From: a plasmid
Direction: 5' to 3' (one strand)
Length of the DNA stretch: 24,653 nucleotides
Sequence record: NZ_CP092562.1
This document shows, piece by piece, positions 1 to 5,672 of the stretch. Positions within the stretch are counted from its first letter, which is position 1. Each line of letters opens with the position of its first letter. The notes beneath the pieces are model-generated. The model saw nothing but the letters and a program-made list of their open reading frames with translations, was not told the DNA's origin and did no database searches. A program made the translations under genes and the position numbers.

Positions 1-984
1 ATGCAAAATCAATATTTTACAGTGCAAGAAAATTACAAAGAAAGATTTTATCAAATCCCTAAAGTATTCTTTACCAGTGAAAATTATAAAAATCTAACTA
101 ATGATATGAAAATAGCCTATGCTATCTTACGTGATCGCTTAAATTTATCTATTAAAAATAGCTGGGTTGATGAAGATGGTAACATTTACTTTGTTTATTC
201 AAATGAAAAGCTAATGGAAATCTTAAATTGTAAAAAAGAAAAGTTAACAAAAATAAAAAAAGGGTTAGAAAACGATGGTCTACTCATTCAAAAACGACGT
301 GGTTTAAATAAACCAAATATTCTATATTTAATGAAACCTATTGTCACAGAACGTGATATTTACAAAATAGAAAAAGAAGAAAACGATGTTGAACCTTACG
401 GCGAGAAGGAAGTTCGAAAATCGAACGTCCAGAAGTTCGAAAATCGAACGTCCAGAAGTTCGAAAATCGAACGTCCAGAAGTTCGAAAATCGAACACTAA
501 TGATACTGACTTTAATGACATTGACTTTAATGATACTGAGAATAATGATATGAATGACTTGAATGATATAAAGTACAAAAATGAAATTAGTAATCATTCA
601 AATCATTCAAATCAATTTACACATAATTTTGATGATAAAGAAATGCTATTGCAAGAATTCCCAGAACAACTAACTAATTATTTATTAAAATATGATTATA
701 GAGATTTAGAAATCATAAAGGCTGTTATTCTTAAAGCAAAAAAATCATTTAATTCAAGGCATGAAGATATGCATTACATGTTAGAGGACATTGAGGATGA
801 AATATTAACTTCTTTAAAAAGACTTAAAAAAGCTATACATGATAGGGGAGTTAAAGGCCAAAAGGAAACAATCAAGTCAATGCAAGCTTATTTAATGCAA
901 ACAATTCTAACTGAACTTGAAGAAACACATGCCCTTTATATGCGCCGTAAAAACATGAAACAATATAATATCTTTAATCAATAA
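1..984 (+). CDS. rep: RepA_N-family plasmid replication initiator (theta replicon of the pSK1/pI258 type)
   Basis: 327-aa ORF. The N-terminus MQNQYFTVQENYKERFYQIPKVFF...YAILRDRLNLS matches my memory of staphylococcal RepA_N initiators. It has an Asp/Asn-rich linker and a conserved C-terminal domain. 23-bp tandem repeats lie inside the coding region, as in this family. Confidence 0.8.
   Translation: MQNQYFTVQENYKERFYQIPKVFFTSENYKNLTNDMKIAYAILRDRLNLSIKNSWVDEDGNIYFVYSNEKLMEILNCKKEKLTKIKKGLENDGLLIQKRRGLNKPNILYLMKPIVTERDIYKIEKEENDVEPYGEKEVRKSNVQKFENRTSRSSKIERPEVRKSNTNDTDFNDIDFNDTENNDMNDLNDIKYKNEISNHSNHSNQFTHNFDDKEMLLQEFPEQLTNYLLKYDYRDLEIIKAVILKAKKSFNSRHEDMHYMLEDIEDEILTSLKRLKKAIHDRGVKGQKETIKSMQAYLMQTILTELEETHALYMRRKNMKQYNIFNQ
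409..496. repeat. About 3.7 tandem copies of a 23-bp unit GAAGTTCGAAAATCGAACGTCCA inside rep (iteron-like, candidate internal origin)
   Basis: Read directly: copies start near 409, 432, 455 and 478 (partial). The period is not a multiple of 3, so the protein reads EVRKSNVQ/KFENRTSR/SSKIERP in the three frames. RepA_N plasmids carry their origin inside rep. Confidence 0.7.
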
Positions 985-1099
985 TTCAAATGATTTTATA
1001 ACACTCGAAGAGACATCAAAATATTCCGTTAAATCATCTGACTTTTTAACTGATGACGACGAAAAAAATCAAGAAATTGTAAGTGATTTAGAAAAAGGT

Positions 1100-1285
1100 T
1101 TGTATCGAAAACGTATGTTAAGTTATGGTGGATTGCTTAAACAAAAGCATAAAATTTTAAACTTAGACGATGCCGAAGATGGTAATTTGATTAATACAAG
1201 TGATGAAGATAAAACGACAGACGAAGAAAAAAAGCACATTCAATTACCGCAATTTGGAATTTCGAAAAGCAAAATTATTATTTAA
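1100..1285 (+). CDS. Hypothetical small acidic protein downstream of rep (TTG start in the ORF track; true start uncertain)
   Basis: The open frame extends upstream to about 1020 with no ATG. The product is D/E/K-rich. A rho-independent terminator follows it directly. Confidence 0.3.
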   Translation: MYRKRMLSYGGLLKQKHKILNLDDAEDGNLINTSDEDKTTDEEKKHIQLPQFGISKSKIII

Positions 1286-1316
1286 GACATTAGTGATAAC
1301 TGATGTCTTTTTTTAT
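1285..1316 (+). terminator. Rho-independent terminator (agacattagt-GATA-actgatgtct + T7)
   Basis: A 10-bp stem with one mismatch, a 4-nt loop, then TTTTTTTATT. Confidence 0.6.
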
Positions 1317-1336
1317 TGTTTTTCTGTAAAAAAGTG

Positions 1337-1395
1337 CTGTCTTATTTTTGTGACAAATGCTGTATGTAGTGTCACAAAAGTGTGACACTACAGCT
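1337..1395. promoter_or_regulatory. Cluster of TGTGACA / TGTCACA / GTGTGACAC dyads (candidate recombinase or regulator binding site)
   Basis: TGTGACA-N14-TGTCACA followed by the palindrome GTGTGACAC. The half-sites resemble serine-recombinase or operator sites. No coding potential. Confidence 0.3.
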
Positions 1396-1527
1396 TTGTA
1401 TGATATCACTTTAAAATAACTTAAAACCCTTGGAATGTCTGGCCTTGCCAGATCTATCATTTTTGAATGATAGCAAATTTCCCTTATGCTCTTACGGAGA
1501 TTTTAGAGTTAAATTAAAATTTCTAAG

Positions 1528-1790
1528 TTTTTGATAAGAAAAGCCCTGCAGGAATTTAGAAAAACATGGGGAAGTTTTAAAGTATTTTATGCTAATTTTT
1601 AAATTTGCATGTAAATGGGCAGTATCTAAAAAATTAGTCACTGATTTTTCTGAAATTTTTGTTTGTGAAATTAGCATATATTTATTTGGCTCATATTTGC
1701 GTTTTAAGAGACTGTATAGATTTTTAAGTACAAAACCTATATGATTTGCCTCTAAGTCTTCAAAATGCCTCTTAAAATCCAAAATAAAAG
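1528..1790. repeat. Repeat B copy A, about 260 bp, roughly 85% identical to 3274-3530
   Basis: Direct alignment by eye. The shared blocks are CCTGCAGGAATTTAGAAAAAC(A/G)TGGGGAAGTTTTAAAG, TTTGCATGTAAATGGGCAGT and GGCTCATATTTGCGTTTTAA. The copy starts at TTTTTGATAA, immediately 3' of a dso-nick-like junction. Confidence 0.6.
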
Positions 1791-1839
1791 TGTTTAATAT
1801 TGTAATAAGGATTGCTATTTTTATAAAAGGAGAGATATC

Positions 1840-1989
1840 ATGAAGATTAAAACTTTCGCTACTTTTACTCATCGTCAATTAGATAAACAAGTTAATAGGT
1901 TTTTAAAGAATGATATTCATGTATTAGAAATTCAAACACACAGTAATTGGTTATATATTTCAGCTATTGTTTTTTATGAGGATAAATAA
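1840..1989 (+). CDS. Small protein, Cse60-family-like (49 aa)
   Basis: ATG preceded by AAAGGAGAG. The pattern FATFTHRQLDKQVNRFLKNDIHVLEIQ...WLYISAIVFYE resembles the Cse60/YteV small-protein family. It is below the ORF-track length cutoff. Confidence 0.45.
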   Translation: MKIKTFATFTHRQLDKQVNRFLKNDIHVLEIQTHSNWLYISAIVFYEDK

Positions 1990-2000
1990 GGAACATCGTA

Positions 2001-2156
2001 TTTATGCCGAAAAAATTTATTGATGTTGAGAAGAACCCTTAACTAAACTTGCAGACGAATGTCGGCATAGCGTGAGCTATTAAGCCGACCATTCGACAAG
2101 TTTTGGGATTGTTAAGGGTTCCGAGGCTCAACGTCAATAAAACAATTGGAATAAAA
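2001..2156 (+). other. ssoA/palA-type single-strand origin-like structured element, copy A
   Basis: About 157 bp, about 97% identical to 4047-4203. It forms a long imperfect hairpin: GTTGAGAAGAACCCTTAAC pairs with GTTAAGGGTTCCGAGGCTCAAC, AAACTTG with CAAGTTT, CGAATGTCGGC with GCCGACCATTCG. The inner hairpin ATAGC-GUGA-GCUAU presents the CS-6 motif TAGCGT. The 5' part TTTATGCCGAAAAAATTTATTG resembles RSB. Confidence 0.55.
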
Positions 2157-2849
2157 TCAACCTACAGAGCATCCAGCTGCAAATGCAGTTCCGCAAACTG
2201 CTTCACATACACCGCCGGCTATTGGATTTACGATTGCCCATACTCCACAGTAGTGAGCACATGCATAAAGTCCAGCCATACTACAAGCGAATGCTTTGCC
2301 GTTCCATTTGAATCCTGCATATGTTACCGGTCTGTTTTTATCAACTTTTTCAGCCTTATATTCAACGTAATTTTTGTTAATAAGTATTTTTCCCTCTTTG
2401 TTTTCAGTCATACTTCTTTTTTCGGCAATGAATTTTGTGATTTTTTTGTTGTAGTTATCATATATTGTTTCAGAAACTACAATTTCTTTTGTTTTTTCAT
2501 TTTTATAAGCGTTATTAGCTATGTAGCCATATGCATTTTTATCATTTGCTTCTGTAGCTAGATATTTTAATTTAGAATTTTTGTCTTCTAGCTTTATTTT
2601 TTTAAATCCTTCTTTTTTCATTTGCTTTTCGAATTTTTGCATATCTTCATTTTTATTTTGCAATTGTTCTAGAAAACTTATTTCTTTCTTGGTCATTTGT
2701 GATACTTCGATGTTTTTGCTTTTCAATTTTTCTTTTTGATTTTCTAGTAAAGAACTTTTTTGTTCTTCATTTGCGTAAGCATTAGAAAAATTCGCGCTAA
2801 ATACCAGTAGGAACAAGGAAATTATTGAAAATAATTTTATAATTTTCAT
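2157..2849 (-). CDS. Secreted Lys/Glu-rich protein with a Cys/Gly/Ala-rich hydrophobic C-terminal domain (candidate toxin or bacteriocin-like protein)
   Basis: 230 aa. A Sec signal peptide ends at SNAYA/NE. A long K/E-rich, predicted coiled-coil region follows. The last roughly 55 aa, FKWNGKAFACSMAGLYACAHYCGVWAIVNPIAGGVCEAVCGTAFAAGCSVG, carry 7 Cys and small-residue spacing. A GGAGG RBS precedes the start. Confidence 0.6.
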   Translation of the reverse strand: MKIIKLFSIISLFLLVFSANFSNAYANEEQKSSLLENQKEKLKSKNIEVSQMTKKEISFLEQLQNKNEDMQKFEKQMKKEGFKKIKLEDKNSKLKYLATEANDKNAYGYIANNAYKNEKTKEIVVSETIYDNYNKKITKFIAEKRSMTENKEGKILINKNYVEYKAEKVDKNRPVTYAGFKWNGKAFACSMAGLYACAHYCGVWAIVNPIAGGVCEAVCGTAFAAGCSVG

Positions 2850-2958
2850 TTGATACCTCCAAGATAATAAGATATTTTAATTGTATAAGTAAGCGCTTTA
2901 TAAAATCAATATTTATTTTAATATATTTATAAACATATTTTTGAAAGGAGTCTATTTT

Positions 2959-3153
2959 ATGAATGAAAATTTAGAAAAATATATAAAAAGTTTGCCACTT
3001 TTAGGTTTGTTAATTAGTATTTTGTTAATTGTTTTATTCTTTTTTATTTTAGATGTTGATGAAGATTTATTCGTGGTTTTTTTATACTGTTTATTGCCTT
3101 TGATAGTTAATTTGTCTATTTATGGTTTTTATGTTTTTGTTAAAAGAAAGTAA
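2959..3153 (+). CDS. Small two-helix membrane protein (64 aa), divergent from the 230-aa gene; candidate immunity protein
   Basis: ATG at 2959 follows AAAGGAG. Two hydrophobic segments, LPLLGLLISILLIVLFFFIL and VVFLYCLLPLIVNLSIYGFYVF. Confidence 0.5.
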   Translation: MNENLEKYIKSLPLLGLLISILLIVLFFFILDVDEDLFVVFLYCLLPLIVNLSIYGFYVFVKRK

Positions 3154-3238
3154 GATTATGAATAATTTTGTTTTTAATTTGTATGCTTTGAGGGGGTTGG
3201 AAAACGGTAGGTGTATAGATTAGATTTCTTGTTTTTTT

Positions 3239-3273
3239 GAAACGAGTGTGAACGAGTTTCTTCTTGTCTTGAT
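3239..3273 (+). other. pC194-family dso nick-site-like motif, copy 1 (GAAACGAG[TGTGAACGAG]TTTCTTCTTGTCTTGAT)
   Basis: TTCTTCTTGTCTTGAT matches the pC194/pUB110 nick region TTCTTTCTTATCTTG^ATA. Homology with the copy at 5251-5275 stops right after CTTGAT, which is the predicted nick position. Confidence 0.45.
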
Positions 3274-3530
3274 TTTTGATAAAAACGCCCTACAGGAATT
3301 TAGAAAAACGTGGGGAAGTTTTAAAGAATTTTATGCTAATTTTTAATTTGCATGTAAATGGGCAGTGTCTAAAAATAGTTATTGTTTTTGCTCAAATTTT
3401 TGTTTTTGAAAATAGCATATATTTATTTGGCTCATATTTGCGTTTTAAAAGCATATATAAGTTTTAGATATAAAACTATATGAATCACCCCTAAATCTTT
3501 AAAATGCCCTCTTAAAATTCAAAATAAGGG
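3274..3530. repeat. Repeat B copy B (about 85% identical to 1528-1790)
   Basis: See copy A. It begins immediately 3' of the nick-like motif. Confidence 0.6.
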
Positions 3531-3540
3531 CATAAAAAAT

Positions 3541-3580
3541 AAAAGCTACCCCAGATAAAGTGAGGTAGCTTTTTCTTTCA
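3541..3580. terminator. Bidirectional rho-independent terminator (AGCTACC...GGTAGCT with T-runs on both sides)
   Basis: A 7-bp stem with a 14-nt loop, followed by TTTTTCTTT on the + strand and by a T-run on the - strand. Confidence 0.5.
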
Positions 3581-3918
3581 TACGGTCTATTTATTTTTCT
3601 TTCGACGCCGTATCGTCGATGTAATTCAAAAAAGTTATGGGCTATAAATCTACATCACTTTTTCAAGAATGTAGTAGCAATATTCAACGCAAATTAATTT
3701 TTATAACTGCTCGGAATATCTCAAGCCGTTTCTTTAATTTTGAAATAAAAAAATCGACGAAGGTCGATTACGTTTTTGCACATGTCGATTTATCCGACGT
3801 ATAAGTGCGCCCTTACGGGATTTAACTAGATTATAACGACGAATTTTAGACCTGTAAAGCAATAACAATTAGGTCTACCAGGTAGATAAAGTGTACAAAG
3901 TAGAACCGAAAAAGTTAT

Positions 3919-3996
3919 TTATTTTGAAGATTTTTCGTAGATATAATTTGCTAATAAACTTCCTAAAACTGAATAAAGAAAAATAGTTAAACTCAT
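3919..3996 (-). CDS. 25-aa hydrophobic peptide MSLTIFLYSVLGSLLANYIYEKSSK (candidate type I toxin-like or leader peptide)
   Basis: Minus-strand ATG 8 nt after GGAGTGA. A single TM-like segment with a charged tail. A palindrome GTGTCTCCATGTCTACGCATAGACAC lies just upstream (4019-4046). Confidence 0.35.
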   Translation of the reverse strand: MSLTIFLYSVLGSLLANYIYEKSSK

Positions 3997-4046
3997 GTAA
4001 TCACTCCATAATTCTGAAGTGTCTCCATGTCTACGCATAGACACGC

Positions 4047-4203
4047 ATTTATGCCGAAAAAATTTATTGATGTTGAGAAGAACCCTTAACTAAACTTGCA
4101 GACGAATGTCGGCATAGCGTGAGCTATTAAGCCGACCATTCGACAAGTTTTGGGATTGTTAAGGGTTCCGAGGCTCAACGTCAATAAAGCAATTGGAATA
4201 AAG
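4047..4203 (+). other. ssoA/palA-type single-strand origin-like structured element, copy B
   Basis: Near-identical to 2001-2156, differing at about 3 positions near the 3' end. It carries the same CS-6 TAGCGT loop and the same RSB-like 5' part. Confidence 0.55.
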
Positions 4204-4238
4204 CACCTATGATTATTTAAAAATATAAGTTATAATAC

Positions 4239-4258
4239 ATTCAAAAATATTTTTGAAT
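4239..4258. promoter_or_regulatory. cadDX operator: perfect 20-bp palindrome ATTCAAAAATATTTTTGAAT just downstream of a TATAAT -10
   Basis: The perfect dyad sits between the -10 hexamer (4231-4236) and the cadD RBS. ArsR/SmtB regulators such as CadC and CadX bind 12-2-12 dyads of this type. Confidence 0.65.
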
Positions 4259-4268
4259 GAGGTGTATT

Positions 4269-4886
4269 ATGATTCAAACGGTTGTTGCTGCTGCTGTTCT
4301 TTATATTGCTACAGCAGTTGATTTATTAGTAATTTTATTAATATTTTTTGCTAGAGCAAAGACTAGAAAAGAATATAGAGATATTTATGTTGGTCAATAT
4401 TTAGGGTCTATTATTTTAATATTAGTTAGTTTGTTTTTAGCTTTTGTATTAAATTATGTTCCAGAAAAGTGGATATTAGGTTTATTGGGTTTAATACCAA
4501 TTTATCTTGGAATTAAAGTGGCTATTTATGATGATTGTGAAGGAGAAAAGAGAGCTAAAAAAGAATTGAATGAAAAAGGATTGTCTAAATTAGTTGGTAC
4601 GGTTGCAATTGTTACGATAGCAAGTTGTGGCGCCGATAATATTGGTTTATTTGTTCCGTATTTTGTGACATTAAGTGTTACTAATTTATTACTTACTCTG
4701 TTTGTCTTTTTAATTTTAATTTTCTTCTTGGTGTTTACTGCACAAAAATTAGCTAATATTCCAGGAATTGGAGAAATTGTTGAGAAATTTAGTCGTTGGA
4801 TTATGGCTATTATTTATATAGCTTTAGGTTTATTTATTATTATTGAAAATGACACTATTCAAACAATTTTAGGATTTATATTTTAA
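4269..4886 (+). CDS. cadD: Cadmium resistance transporter CadD
   Basis: 205 aa, MIQTVVAAAVLYIATAVDLLVILLIFFARAKTRKEY..., recognised as CadD. GAGGTG RBS. The ORF-track start at 4257 is an upstream extension. Confidence 0.9.
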   Translation: MIQTVVAAAVLYIATAVDLLVILLIFFARAKTRKEYRDIYVGQYLGSIILILVSLFLAFVLNYVPEKWILGLLGLIPIYLGIKVAIYDDCEGEKRAKKELNEKGLSKLVGTVAIVTIASCGADNIGLFVPYFVTLSVTNLLLTLFVFLILIFFLVFTAQKLANIPGIGEIVEKFSRWIMAIIYIALGLFIIIENDTIQTILGFIF

Positions 4887-4904
4887 TTTAGGGTGTGATT
4901 TTAT

Positions 4905-5252
4905 ATGAGTTATGAAAATACTTGTGATGTGATCTGTGTACATGAGGATAAAGTTAACAATGCTTTAAGTTTTTTAGAAGATGATAAATCTAAGAAATTA
5001 CTTAACATTTTAGAAAAAATTTGTGATGAGAAGAAATTGAAAATCATATTATCTTTGATTAAAGAAGATGAGTTGTGTGTTTGTGATATTTCTTTGATAT
5101 TGAAAATGAGTGTTGCTTCAACTTCACATCATTTAAGGCTTTTATATAAAAATGAGGTACTTGATTTTTATAAAGATGGAAAGATGGCATATTATTTTAT
5201 TAAAGACGATGAAATAAGAGAGTTTTTCTCTAAAAATCATGAGGGTTTTTGA
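4905..5252 (+). CDS. cadX: ArsR/SmtB-family metalloregulator CadX
   Basis: 115 aa with the ELCVCDISLIL...SHHLRLL metal-binding HTH region. Directly downstream of cadD. Confidence 0.9.
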   Translation: MSYENTCDVICVHEDKVNNALSFLEDDKSKKLLNILEKICDEKKLKIILSLIKEDELCVCDISLILKMSVASTSHHLRLLYKNEVLDFYKDGKMAYYFIKDDEIREFFSKNHEGF

Positions 5253-5275
5253 AACGAGTTTCTTCTTGTCTTGAT
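5251..5275 (+). other. pC194-family dso nick-site-like motif, copy 2 (GAAACGAGTTTCTTCTTGTCTTGATAC)
   Basis: It overlaps the cadX stop codon. It contains CTTGATA, matching the pC194 and pUB110 nick sequence CTTG^ATA. Confidence 0.45.
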
Positions 5276-5408
5276 ACTATAAAAAACAAAGTTATATAAC
5301 ATAAGACGACTTATCGGAAGTAGATATGCTTGTATATTCACAGATGGTATAATAATAGAGTCGCCTATCTCTCAGGCGTCAATTGACGAAGAGAGGAGGT
5401 GCATTACT

Positions 5409-5501
5409 TTGCTAATCATTTTCGTTCACATCATAGCACCAGTCATCAGTGGCTGTGCTGTTGCGTATTATACTTATTGGCTTAGTAAACGCAACAAATA
5501 A
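5409..5501 (+). CDS. Type I toxin, SprA1/PepA1-like membrane peptide (30 aa, MLIIFVHIIAPVISGCAVAYYTYWLSKRNK)
   Basis: Near-identical to PepA1 (MLIFVHIIAPVISGCAIAFFSYWLSRRNTK) as I recall it. TTG start 9 nt after GGAGGTG. The 5' UTR can pair CTCTC with GAGAG to occlude the SD. Confidence 0.7.
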   Translation: MLIIFVHIIAPVISGCAVAYYTYWLSKRNK

Positions 5502-5530
5502 TTAATAGGCGACTTTATAAGCCAGCATCG

Positions 5531-5594
5531 AAAAAATCCCCACACTACTGCAATAGTGTGGGGATTGGTGCATTAATTGTTAATCATTTTCGTT
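5531..5594 (-). ncRNA. SprA1AS-like antisense RNA (about 64 nt), convergent with toxin 1
   Basis: Minus-strand promoter TTGCAT-18-TGTTATAAT (5601-5630). The predicted 5' end carries AACGAAAATGATTAAC, complementary to the toxin start region TTGCTAATCATTTTCGTT (5408-5426). It ends at the hairpin CCCCACACTA/TAGTGTGGGG followed by UUUUUU on the minus strand. Confidence 0.5.
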
Positions 5595-5672
5595 ATATAA
5601 ATTATAACACTGGTTAGTAGAGAAATGCAAAATGATTGAATTAATAGTAAATGTATTAATGAATACTCACAC

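Noticed and set aside
409-496. Possible CRISPR array, considered because of the regular 23-bp repeats
   Set aside because: The repeats are directly tandem with no spacers, sit inside a coding sequence, and no cas genes are in the window. They are iteron-like repeats.
328-597. Minus-strand ORFs 328-597 and 396-578 inside rep
   Set aside because: They lie antisense to a well-supported rep gene across its tandem-repeat region. Their products are low-complexity and repeat-driven.
1492-1878. 128-aa minus-strand ORF across repeat B copy A
   Set aside because: Repeat B copy B does not preserve this frame. The ORF overlaps the start of the Cse60-like gene on the other strand.
2103-2561. 152-aa plus-strand ORF
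   Set aside because: Antisense to the 230-aa secreted-protein gene. It starts inside the ssoA element and has biased, low-complexity composition.
3276-3467. 63-aa plus-strand ORF in repeat B copy B (TTG start)
   Set aside because: Repeat B copy A does not preserve this frame, and no RBS is present.
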